A DNA stretch of 64,000 nt from Eledone cirrhosa. Lineage: Eukaryota. The stretch spans positions 23,560,001 through 23,624,000 of the forward strand of contig OZ024741.1 of assembly GCA_964016885.1 (NCBI GenBank). Direction: 5' to 3'. The notes below the pieces were generated by a model that saw only the letters and a program-made list of their open reading frames with translations, did not search any database and was not told where the DNA came from. A program made the position numbers and the translations under genes. Of this stretch, positions 37,614 through 49,559 are shown piece after piece. Within the stretch, counting starts at the first letter, position 1, and each line of letters opens with the position of its first letter.

Positions 37614-40600
37614 GAAACTCTCAGGACAGCTGGACAGCAGAAGGTCATCAGAGAAGAAACTCTGACGATAGGTGGTCAGCAGAAGGTCATCAGAGAAGAA
37701 ACTCTGAGGAGAGGTGGACAGCACAAGGTCTTCAGAGAAGAAACTCTCAGGAGAGGTGGACAGCAGAAGGTCTTCAGAGAAGAAACTCTGAGGAGAGCTG
37801 GACAGCAGCAGGACATCGGAGAAGAAACCACCAGGAGAAGTGGACAGCACAAGGTCTTCAGAGAAGAAACTCTCAGGAGAGTTGGACAGCAGAAGGTCAT
37901 TAGAGAAGAAACTCTGAGGAGAGCTGGACAGCAGAAGGTCTTCAGAGAAGAAACTCTCAGGACAGCTGAACAGCAGAAGGTCATCAGAGAAGAAACACTC
38001 AGGACAGCTGGACAGCAGAAGGTCATCAGAGAAGAAAATCTCAGGAAAGCTGGACAGCAGGTCTTCAGAGCAGAAACTCTCAGGACAGCTGGACAGCAGA
38101 GAAGAAACTCTCAGGATAGTTGGACAGCAGAAGGTCATCAGAGAAGAAACTCTCAGGAGAGCTGGACAGCAGAAGGTCTTTAGAGAAGAAACTCTGAGGA
38201 GAGCTGGACAGCAGGTCATCAGAGGAGAAATTCTCAGGACAGCTGGACAGCAGAAGGTCTTCAGAGAAGAAACTCTCTAAGGAGAGCTGGACAGTAGAAG
38301 GTCTTTAGAGGAGAAACTCTGAGGAGAGCTGGACAGTAGAAGGTCTTTAGAGGAGAAACTCTGAGGAGAGCTGGACAGTAGAAGGTCTTTAGAGGAGAAA
38401 CTCTGAGGAGAGCTGGTCAGTAGAAGGTCTTTAGAGAAGAAACTCTGAGGAGAGCTGGACAGTAGAAGGTCTTTAGAGAAGAAACTCTGAGGAGAGCTGG
38501 ACAGTAGAAGGTCTTTAGAGAAGAAACTCTGAGGAGTGCTGAACAGTAGAAGGTCTTTAGAGAAGAAACTCTGAGGAGAGCTGGACAGTAGGTCTTTAGA
38601 GAAGAAACTCTGAGGAGAGCTGGACAGTAGATCATCAGAGAAGAAACTCTCAGGACAGATGGACAGCAGAAGGTCTTCAGAGAAGAAACTCTCAGGAGAG
38701 TTGGACAGCAGAAGGTCATCAGAGAAGAAACTCTCAGGAGAGTTGGACAGCAGAAGGTCATCAGAGAAGAAACTCTGAGGAGAGGTGGACAGCAGAAGGT
38801 CTTTAGAGAAGGAACTCTGAGGAGAGCTGGATAGAAGAAGGTCTTTAGAGAAGAAACTCCGAGGAGAGCTGGACAGCAGAAGGTCTTTAGAGAAGAAACT
38901 CTGAGGAGAGCTGGACAGCAGAAGGTCATCAGAGAAGAAACTCTCAGGACAGCTGGACAGCAGAAGGTCATCAGAGAAGAAACTCTGAGGAGAGGTGGAC
39001 AGCAGAAGGTCTTTAGAGAAGAAACTCTGAGGAGAGCTGGACAGCAGAAGGTCATCAGAGAAGAAACTCTCAGGACAGCTGGACAGCAGAAGGTCATCAG
39101 AGAAGAAACTACCAGGAGAGTTGGACAGCACAAGGTCTTTAGAGAAGAAACTCTGAGGAGAGCTGGACAGCAGAAGGTCTTCAGAGAAGAAACTCTGAAG
39201 AGAGTTGGACAGCAGAAGGTCATCAGAGAAGAAACTCTGAGGAGTGCTGGACAGCAGAAGGTCTTTAGAGAAGAAACTCTGAGGAGGGCTGGACAGCAGA
39301 AGGTCATCAGAGAAGAAACTACCAGGAGAGGTGGACAGCAGAAGGTCATCAGAGAAGAAACTCTCAGGACAGCTGGACAGCACAAGGTCATCAGAGAAGA
39401 AACTCTCAGGAGAGGTGGACAGCAGAAGGTCTTTAGAGAAGAAACTCTGAGGAGAGCTGGACAGCAGAAGGTCATCAGAGAAGAAACTACCAGGAGAGGT
39501 GGACAGCAGAAGGTCATCAGAGAAGAAACTCTCAGGACAGCTGGACAGCACAAGGTCATCAGAGAAGAAACTCTCAGGAGAGGTGGACAGCAGAAGGTCT
39601 TTAGAGAAGAAACTCTGAGGAGAGCTGGACAGCAGAAGGTCATCAGAGAAGAAACTCTCAGGACAGCTGGACAGCAGAAGGTCATCAGAGAAGAAACTAC
39701 CAGGAGAGCTGGACAGCAAAAGGTCTTTAGAGAAGAAACTCTCAGGACAGCTGGACAGCAGAAGGTCATCAGAGAAGAAACTCTCAGGAGAGGTGGACAG
39801 CAGAAGGTCATGAGAGAAGAAACTACCAGGAGAGCTGGACAGCAGAAGGTCTTTAGAGAAGAAACTCTGAGGAGAGCTAGACAGTAGGTCATCAGAGAAG
39901 AAAGTCTCAGGACAGCTGGAGAGCAGAAGGTCATCAGAGAAGAAACTACCAGGAGAGTTGGACAGCACAAGGTCTTTAGAGAAGAAACTCTGAGGAGAGC
40001 TGGACAGCAGAAGGTCTTTAGAGAAGAAACTCTGAGGAGGGCTGGACAGCAGAAGGTCATCAGAGAAGAAACTCTCAGGACAGCTGGACAGCACAAGGTC
40101 ATCAGAGAAGAAACTCTCAGGAGAGGTGGACAGCAGAAGGTCTTTAGAGAAGAAACTCTCAGGAGAGGTGGACAGCAGAAGGTCATCAGAGAAGAAACCA
40201 CCAGGAGAGGTGGACAGCAGAAGGTCATCAGGGAAGAAACTACCAGGAGAGCTGGACAGCAGAAGGTCATCAGAGAAGAAACTCTCAGGAGAGCTGGACA
40301 GCAGAAGGTTTTTAGAGAAGAAACTCTGAGGAGAGCTGGACAGTAGAAGGTCATCAGAGAAGAAACTCTGAGGAGAGGTGGACAGCAGAAGGTCTTTAGA
40401 AAAGAAACTCTGAGGAAAGGTGGACAGCAGAAGGTCTTTAGAGAAGAAACTCTGAGGAGGGCTGAACAGCAGGTCATCAGAGAAGAAAGCACCAGGAGAG
40501 GTGGACAGCACAAGGTCTTCAGAGAAGAAACTCTCAGGAGAGGTGGACAGCAGAAGGTCATCAGAGGAGAAACTCTCAGGAGAGGTGGACAGCAGAAGGT

Positions 40601-43600
40601 CTTTAGAGAAGAAACTCTCAGGACAGCTGGACAGCAGAAGGTCATCAGAGAAGAAACTCTCAGGAGAGCTGGACAGCAGAAGGTCTTTAGAGAAGAAACT
40701 CTGAGGAGAGCTGGACAGCAGAAGGTCTTTAGAGAAGAAACTCTGAGGAGAGCTGGACAGCAGGAGGTCTTCAGAGAAGAAACTCTCAGGAGAGGTGGAC
40801 AGCAGAAGGTCTTTAAAGAAGAAACTCTCAGGAGAGTTGGACAGCAGAAGGTCTTTAAAGAAGAAACTACCAGGAGAAGTGGACAGCAGAAGGTCTTCAG
40901 AGAAGAAACTCTCAGGACAGCTGGACAGCAGAAGGTCTTTAAAGAAGAAACTCTCAGGAGAGGTGGACAGCACAAGGTCTTTAAAGAAGAAACTCTGAGG
41001 AGAGGTGGACAGCACAAGGTCTTTAAAGAAGAAACTCTGAGGAGAGGTGGGCAGCACAAGGTCTTTAAAGAAGAAACTCTGAGGAGAGCTGGACAGCAGA
41101 AGGTCTTCAGAGAAGAAACTCTCAGGACAGCTGGACAACAGAAGGTCTTTAAAGAAGAAACTCTCAGGAGAGGTGGACAGCAAAAGGTCTTTAGAGAAGA
41201 AACTCTCAGGACAGCTGGACAGCAGAAGGTCTTTAAAGAAGAAACTCTCAGGAGAGGTGGACAGCACAAGGTCTTTAAAGAAGAAACTCTCAGGAGAGGT
41301 GGACAGCAGAAGGTCTTTACAGAAGAAACTACCAGGAGAAGTGGACAGCAGAAGGTCTTTACAGAAGAAACTACCAGGACAGCTGGACAGCAGAAGGTCT
41401 TCAGAGAAGAAAATCTGAGGAGAGCTGGACAGCAGGTCATCAGAGAAGAAACTCTCAGGACAGCTGGACAGCAGAAGGTCATCAGAGAAGAAACTCTGAG
41501 GAGAGCTGGACAGCAGAAGGTCATCAGAGAAGAAAGTCTCAGGACAGCTGGACAGCAGAAGGTCTTTAGAAAAGAAACTCTGAGGAGAGCTGGACAGCAG
41601 AAGGTCTTTAGAGAAGAAACTCTCAGGAGAGGTGGACAGCACAAGGTCTTCAGAGAAGAAACTCTCAGGAGAGGTGGACAGCAGAAGGTCTTTATAGAAG
41701 AAACTCTCAGGAGAGGTGGACAGCAATAGGTCATCAGAGAAGAAACTCTCAGGAGAGGTGGACAGCACAAGGTCTTCAGAGAAGAAACCCACAGGAGAGC
41801 TGGACAGCAGAAGGTCTTTAGAGAAGAAACTGTGAGGAGAGCTGGACAGCACAAGGTCTTCAGAGAAGAAACTCTCAGGAGAGCTGGACAGCAAAGGGTC
41901 TTCAGAGAAGAAACTCTCAGGAGAGCTGGACAGCAGAAGGTCTTTAAAGAAGAAACTCTCAGGAGAGGTGGACAGCACAAGGTCTTTAAAGAAGAAACTC
42001 TGAGGAGACGTGGACAGCACAAGGTCTCTAAAGAAGAAACTCTGAGGAGAGCTGGACAGCAGAAGGTCTTCAGAGAAGAAACTCTCAGGACGGCTGGACA
42101 GCAGAAGGTCTTTAAAGAAGAAACTCTCAGGAGAGGTGGACAGCAGGTCTTTAGAGAGGAAACTCTCAGGACAGCTGGACAGCAGAAGGTCTTTAAAGAA
42201 GAAACTCTCAGGAGAGGTGGACAGCACAAGGTCTTTAAAGAAGAAACTCTCAGGAGAGGTGGACAGTACAAGGTCTTTAAAGAAGAAACTCTCAGGAGAG
42301 GTGGACAGCAGAAGGTCTTTACAGAAGAAACTACCAGGAGAAGTGGACAGCAGAAGGTCTTTACAGAAGAAACTACCAGGACAGCTGGACAGCAGAAGGT
42401 CTTCAGAGAAGAAAATCTGAGGAGAGCTGGGCAGCAGGTCATCAGAGAAGAAACTCTCAGGACAGCTGGACAGCAGAAGGTCATCAGAGAAGAAACTCTG
42501 AGGAGAGGTGGACAGCAGAAGGTCATCAGAGAAGAAAGTCTCAGGAGAGGTGGACAGCAGAATGTCTTTAGAGAAGAAACTCTGAGGAGAGCTGGGCAGC
42601 ACAAGGTCTTCAGAGAAGAAACTCTGAGGAGAGCTGGACAGCAGAAGGTCATCAGAGAAGAAAGTCTCAGGACAGCTGGACAGCAGAATGTCTTTAGAGA
42701 AGAAACTCTGAGGAGAGCTGGGCAGCACAAGGTCTTCAGAGAAGAAACTCTCAGGAGAGCTGGACAGCAGAAGGTCTTTAGAAAAGAAACTCTGAGGAGA
42801 GCTGGACAGCAGAAGGTCTTTAGAGAATAAACTCTCAGGAGAGGTGGACAGCACAAGGTCTTCAGAGAAGAAACTCTCAGGAGAGGTGGACAGCAGAAGG
42901 TCTTTATAGAAGAAACTCTCAGGAGAGATGGACAGCAAAAGGTCTTTAGAGAAGAAACTCTGAGGAGAGATGGACAGCAGAAGGTCTTTAGAGAAGAAAC
43001 TCTGAGGAGAGCTGGACAGCAGAAGGTCATCAGAGAAGAAACCACCAGGAGAGGTGGACAGCACAAGGTCTTTAGAGAAGAAACACTCAGGAGAGCTGGA
43101 CAGCAGAAGGTCATCAGAGAAGAATACTCTCAGGACAGCTGGACAGCAGAAAGTCATCAGAGAAGAAACTGCCAGGAGAGCTGGACAGCAGAAAGTCTTC
43201 AGAGAAGAAACTCTGAGGAGAGCTGGACGGCACAAGGTCTTCAGAGAAGAAAATCTGAGGATAGCTGGACAGCAGGTCATCAGAGAAGAAACTCTCAGGA
43301 CAGCTGGACAGCAGAAGGTCATCAGAGAAGAAACTACCAGGAGAGCTGGACAGCAGAAGGTCTTTAGAAACCTGGTGGTTTCTTCTCTGATGACCTTCTG
43401 CTGTCCAGCTCTCCTGTGAGTTTCTTCTCTGAATACCTTCTGCTGTCCAGCTGTCCTGAGAGTTTCTTCTCTGATGACCTTCTGCTGTCCAGCTCTCCTG
43501 GTAGTTTCTTCTCTGATGACCCTCTGCTGTCCAGCTCTCCTGGTATTTTTATCTCTGATGACCTTCTGCTGTCCAGCTGTCCTGAGAGTTTCTTCTCTGA

Positions 43601-46600
43601 TGACCTTCTGCTGTCCAGCTCTCCTGAGAATTTCTTCTCTGATGACCTTCTGCTGTCCAGCTGTCCTGAGAGTTTCTTCTCTGATGACCTTCTGCTGTCC
43701 ACCTCTCCTGAGAGTTTCTTCTCTGATGACCTTCTGCTGTCCAGCTCTCCTGTGAGTTTCTTCTCTGATAACCTTCTGCTGTCCAGCTGTCTTGAGAGTT
43801 TCTTCTCTGATGACCTTCTGCTGTCCAACTCCCCTGAGAGTTTCTTCTCTGATGACCTTCTGCTGTCCAGCTGTCCTGAGAGTTTCTTCTCTGATGACCT
43901 TCTGCTGTCCAGCTGTCCTGAGAGTTTCTTCTCTGATGACCTTCTGCTGTCCACCTCTCCTGAGAGTTTCTTCTCTGATGACCTTCTGCTGTCCAGCTCT
44001 CCTGTGAGTTTCTTCTCTGATGACCTTCTGCTGTCCAGCTGTCCTGAGAGTTTCTTCTCTAATGACCTTCTGCTGTCCAACTCCCCTGAGAGTTTCTTCT
44101 CTGATGACCTTCTGCTGTCCAGCTGTCCTGAGAGTTTCTTCTCTGATGACCTTCTGCTGTCCAGCTGTCCTGAGAGTTTCTTCTCTGATGACCTTCTGCT
44201 GTCCACCTCTCCTGAGAGTTTCTTCTCTGATGACCTTCTGCTGTCCAGCTCTCCTGTGAGTTTCTTCTCTGATGACTTTCTGCTGTCCAGCTGTCCTGAG
44301 AGTTTCTTCTCTGATGACCTTCTGCTGTCCAACTCCCCTGAGAGTTTCTTCTCTGATGACCTTCTGCTGTCCAGCTGTCCTGAGAGTTTCTTCTCTGATG
44401 ACCTTCTGCTGTCCTGAGAGTTTCTTCTCTGATGACCTTCTGCTGTCCAACTCCCCTGAGAGTTTCTTCTCTGATGACCTTCTGCTGTCCAGCTGTCCTG
44501 AGAGTTTCTTCTCTGATGACCTTCTGCTGTCCAGCTGTCCTAAGAGTTTCTTCACTGATGACCTTCTGCTGTCCACCTCCCCTGAGAGTTTCTTCTCTGA
44601 TGACCTTCTGCTGTCCAGCTCTCCTGTGAGTTTTTTCTCTGATGACCTTCTGCTGTCCAGCTGTCCTGAGAGTTTCTTCTCTGATGACCTTCTGCTGTCC
44701 ACCTCTCCTGGTGGTTTCTTCTCTGATGACCTTGTGCTGTCCATCTCTCCTGAGAGTTTCTTCTCTGATGACCTTCTGCTGTCCAGCTTTTCTGAGAGTT
44801 TCTTCTTTGAAGACCTTCTGCTGTCCACCTCTCCTCAGTGTTTTTTCTCTGATGACCTTCTGCTGTCCAGCTCCCCTCAGACTTTCTTCTCTAAAGACCT
44901 TCTGCTGTCCACCTCTCCTCAGAGTTTCTTCTCTGAGAGACCTTCTGCTGTCCACCTCTCCTCAGAGTTTCTTCTCTGATGACCTTCTGCTGTCCAGCTC
45001 TCCTGGTAGTTTCTTCTCTGATGACCTTCTGCTGTCCAGCTGTCCTGAGAATTTCTTCTCTGATGACCTGCTGTCCACCTCTCCTCAGTGTTTTTTCTCT
45101 GATGACCTTCTGCTGTCCAGCACTCCTCAGAGTTTCTTCTCTAAAGACCTTCTGCTGTCCACCTCTCCTCAGAGTTTCTTCTCTGAAGACCTTGTGCTGT
45201 CCACCTCTCCTGGTAGTTTCTTCTCTAAAGACCTTCTGCTGTCCATCTCTCCTCAGAGTTTCTTCTCTGAAGACATTCTGCTGTCCAGCTCTCCTGGTAG
45301 TTTCTTCTCTGATGACCTTCTGCTGTCCACTTCTCTTCAGAGTTTCTTCTCTGATGACCTTCTGCTGTCCAGCTCTCCTGAGTGTTTCTTCTTCTCTGAT
45401 GACCTTCTGCTGTCCAGAGAAGAAACTCTCAGGAGAGGTGGACAGCAGAAGGTCTTTAAAGAAGAAACTCTCAGGACAGCTGGACAGCAGAAGGTCTTTA
45501 AAGAAGAAACTCTGAGGAGAGGTGGACAGCACAAGGTCTTTAAAGAAGAAACTCTGAGGAGAGGTGGACAGCACAAGGTCTTTAAAGAAGAAACTCTGAG
45601 GAGAGGTGGGCAGCACAAGGTCTTTAAAGAAGAAACTCTGAGGAGAGCTGGACAGCAGAAGGTCTTCAGAGAAGAAACTCTCAGGACAGCTGGACAGCAG
45701 AAGGTCTTTAAAGAAGAAACTCTGAGGAGAGGTGGACAGCACAAGGTCTTTAAAGAAGAAACTCTGAGGAGAGGTGGACAGCACAAGGTCTTTAAAGAAG
45801 AAACTCTGAGGAGAGGTGGGCAGCACAAGGTCTTTAAAGAAGAAACTCTGAGGAGAGCTGGGCAGCAGAAGGTCTTCAGAGAAGAAACTCTCAGGACAGC
45901 TGGACAGCAGAAGGTCTTTAAAGAAGAAACTCTCAGGAGAGGTGGACAGCAGAAGGTCTTTAGAGAAGAAACTCTCAGGACAGCTGGACAGCAGAAGGTC
46001 TTTAAAGAAGAAACTCTCAGGAGAGGTGGACAGCACAAGGTCTTTACAGAAGAAACTACCAGGAGAAGTGGACAGCAGAAGGTCTTTACAGAAGAAACTA
46101 CCAGGACAGCTGGACAGCAGAAGGTCTTCAGAGAAGAAAATCTGAGGAGAGCTGGACAGCAGGTCATCAGAGAAGAAACTCTCAGGACAGCTGGACAGCA
46201 GAAGGTCATCAGAGAAGAAACTCTGAGGAGAGCTGGACAGCAGAAGGTCATCAGAGAAGAAACTCTGAGGAGAGCTGGACAGCAGAAGGTCATCAGAGAA
46301 GAAAGTCTCAGGACAGCTGGACAGTAGAATGTCTTTAGAGAAGAAACTCTGAGGAGAGCTGGGCAGCACAAGGTCTTCAGAGAAGAAACTCTCAGGAGAG
46401 CTGGACAGCAGAAGGTCTTTAGAAAAGAAACTCTGAGGAGAGCTGGACAGCAGAAGGTCTTTAGAGAAGAAACTCTCAGGAGAGGTGGACAGCACAAGGT
46501 CTTCAGAGAAGAAACTCTCAGGAGAGGTGGACAGCAGAAGGTCTTTATAGATGAAACTCTCAGGAGAGGTGGACAGCAGAAGGTCATCAGAGAAGAAACT

Positions 46601-47640
46601 CTCAGGAGAGGTGGACAGCACAAGGTCTTCAGAGGAGAAACTCACAGGAGAGCTGGACAGCAGAAGGTCTTTAGAGAAGAAACTGTGAGGAGAGCTGGAC
46701 AGCACAAGGTCTTTAGAGAAGAAACTGTGAGGAGAGCTGGACAGCACAAGGTCTTTAGAGAAGAAACTGTGAGGAGAGCTGGACAGCACAAGGTCTTCAG
46801 AGAAGAAACTCTCGGGAGAGCTGGACAGCAGAAGGTCTTTAAAGAAGAAACTCTGAGGAGAGGTGGACAGCACAAGGTCTTTAAAGAAGAAACTCTGAGG
46901 AGAGGTGGACAGCACAAGGTCTCTAAAGAAGAAACTCTGAGGAGAGCTGGACAGCAGAATGTCTTCAGAGAAGAAACTCTCAGGACGGCTGGACAGCAGA
47001 AGGTCTTTAAAGAAGAAACTCTCAGGAGAGGTGGACAGCAGGTCTTTAGAGAGGAAACTCTCAGGACAGCTGGACAGCAGAAGGTCTTTAAAGAAGAAAC
47101 TCTCAGGAGAGGTGGACAGCACAAGGTCTTTAAAGAAGAAACTCTCAGGAGAGGTGGACAGCAGAAGGTCTTTACAGAAGAAACTACCAGGACAGCTGGA
47201 CAGCAGAAGGTCTTCAGAGAAGAAAATCTGAGGAGAGCTGGGCAGCAGGTCATCAGAGAAGAAACTCTCAGGACAGCTGGACAGCAGAAGGTCATCAGAG
47301 AAGAAACTCTGAGGAGAGGTGGACAGCAGAAGGTCTTCAGAGAAGAAACTCTCAGGAGAGGTGGACAGCAGAAGGCCTTTATAGAAGAAACTCTCAGGAG
47401 AGGTGGACAGCACAAGGTCTTCAGAGAAGAAACTCACAGGAGAGCTGGACAGCAGAAGGTCTTTAGAGAAGAAACTGTGAGGAGAGCTGGACAGCACAAG
47501 GTCTTCAGAGAAGAAACTCCCAGGAGAGCTGGACAGCAAAAGGTCTTCAGAGAAGAAACTCTCAGGAGAGCTGGACAGCACAAGGTCTTCAGAGAAGAAA
47601 CTCTCAGGAAAGCTGGACATCAGGTCTTCAGAGAAGAACT
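37614..47640. repeat. Satellite 2, 42-bp unit GGA(C/G)AG(C/G)TGGACAGCAGAAGGTC(A/T)T(C/T)AGAGAAGAAACTCT(C/G)A, about 240 copies
   Basis: Directly visible; 14-aa periodicity; recurrent 39-bp variants. Confidence 0.99.
43371..45415 (-). repeat. Inverted block of satellite 2
   Basis: Strand switch at tctttagaaa|cctggtggtt (43370/43371) and back at ctgctgtcc|agagaagaaact (about 45415/45416). Confidence 0.97.
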
Positions 47641-48005
47641 TTTCCCCACTCAATCGAGTGTTGCAGCCCTTAACTTCTTACACTCTAAGGGGTCTGGGCC
47701 ACACCCAGGTCATGACGCCTGGGTGCCCTTCTGCTCACATTTAACTATTCAAATATCAGAGACTATGGAAATTTTGTTGACAGGATCTAGCTCGAATTCC
47801 TCTCTGTTGCCTCTATAAACACTTTAAAACAAACAGTGTTGTATTGCACATCCAGTGGAAGTTTTGTATGAAAAGGCTCAAAGAAAACTGAAACTATTAA
47901 GAAAAATTCATGAAAAGTATAAATAAAAAATCTAAAAAGAAAAAGAAAAAAAAAAAAAAGTACTTTGAAAAACAACAGCAAAATAATCTAATCAATAATG
48001 AATAC

Positions 48006-48264
48006 CTCTTGTTGTAAGTCAGAAAGTTCTTGAGTTTTCTTGCGGACAATGTGTTGATGTCGAGTCTTTTCTCTTAGCAATTCCATTTCTAGTTTTTTGA
48101 CAACTGCCTTTAGAAGATGAATTTCTTTTTTGGTGCCACTGGCAGTCTTCTGAGTGGAGATCTCCTTAGAGTTACTATTACCATTTATACCAGCTGTCTT
48201 CTCCAGTTGATAGTTTGCCCAGTTAACAGCTAATTCTTCATTATCTGGTATATCTGTTCTGTAG
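48006..48264 (-). CDS. CCDC61: CCDC61-like internal exon (1st seen), YRTDIPDNEELAV...KKEIHLLKAVVKKLEMELLREKTRHQHIVRKKTQELSDLQQE
   Basis: Acceptor attattttgtcag, donor gtattc. 259 nt, phase 2 in and phase 0 out, open, coiled-coil pattern. Parallels recalled CCDC61 EAEALRGLVRGLELELRQER..RR.QD...LAKE. Confidence 0.88.
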
Positions 48265-48584
48265 CTGACAAAATAATCAATGAATAAAGTAAAGTGGCTT
48301 AATCCTTTACCATTTACATTACTCTATATTTACTATTATATTTTTATGGTAAACACTTTATTTCACATAACTATCTCACATAATATCAAATCTACGAGAT
48401 TTTGATATTATTTATTTTGAGAATAATACCTTAACATAAGTATGAGCAGCCGGTTAAGGCCAGTTTGAACAGAAAGAGGGGAGAGAATTCTGGCCAGATA
48501 TGGCCAGTTTAAATGCTACAGGGCTAATAAAGAGGTGTTGCATTCATTCTCTCACCTTTTGTTCAGTAAATGACAACAAATTAA

Positions 48585-49130
48585 AGATGTTCTGTTGGAT
48601 GTGTAAAGTTAGAGTTGATAAACAATGAAACATTGAAGAGCTGAGAGAAAAACTGGACATAAGAGAAATCAGATATTGCATGCAAGAGAGAAGTTTATGC
48701 TGGTATGGAGATATAACACATATAGATGATGATTGAAAGGCAGCCATAGAAGAAGAAGAAGAAGGCCAAGATAGACATAGGCAGAGTGGTGAACTCTGAT
48801 ATCACAAGGGAAGATGACAAGGAAAAGAAACAAGTGGATAGATATGATACTAAAATAGACTCATCTAACACAGGCCAGTATTGAAAAAACAGATGGAAAA
48901 ATGATGATTTTGTTAAATTCACTTCCTGAGTTCCAAGAGCTATATCATGACTGGAAAAACAAGAAGGGAGCAGATCAGAAACGAAAACATAGGTAGATGG
49001 TGCCAATCATATCTAACAACCAGCACTTCAGAGCCACAGGAAGACCACAACAACCAGCACTTCAGAGCCACAGGAAGACCACACAGGCCATGGATTGATG
49101 GGATTAGACATATTCTGCACACACAACATG
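48585..49130 (+). mobile_element. Two decayed RTE 3' fragments; the second has a 34-bp tandem duplication (about 49016-49083)
   Basis: MFCWMC..EELREKLDIREIR.CMQER.LCWYG; MTGKTRREQIRNENI..GRP.RPWIDGIR; aaccagcacttcagagccacaggaagaccac twice. Confidence 0.7.
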
Positions 49131-49559
49131 ACACTACTGCAGATTAATTTCATTTACTCATGACACCTTCATGGTAGAAGCATTTAGACTAAAAAAAGAA
49201 GTATTTAACAAATAGCTCAGTTTTTTGTTTTGTTTTGTTTGTTTAAGCCAAATTTTATGCAAATCTTTTATAACATAGCCATTATAGCTTTGTGAGATAA
49301 TCAGTATTTTTTCAGAAGTGCAAACATGGTTCTATGATTAAGAAATTAACTTTGCAAACACGTTGTGATATGTCTGAACCACTGTACCCTTTGTTGTCAT
49401 TTGTTTCTGAAACTCTTAAAAGACCCCTTCTGGTCCAAAAAATCTAAAGGTTTACACCTGGAAAGTTTCTAATCGGGGTGTTTTGAAAGCATGTCAGTCT
49501 ACATGTTACTAATTTTGTCTAAAAGGCCAATACAGCTAAGCACCAGGGGTGTTGCAAAA

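Noticed and set aside
37572-47818. Very long ORFs (up to 2183 aa) with 14-aa repeats
   Set aside because: Multi-frame read-through of a 42-bp satellite on both strands, crossing inversion junctions; no unique domain.
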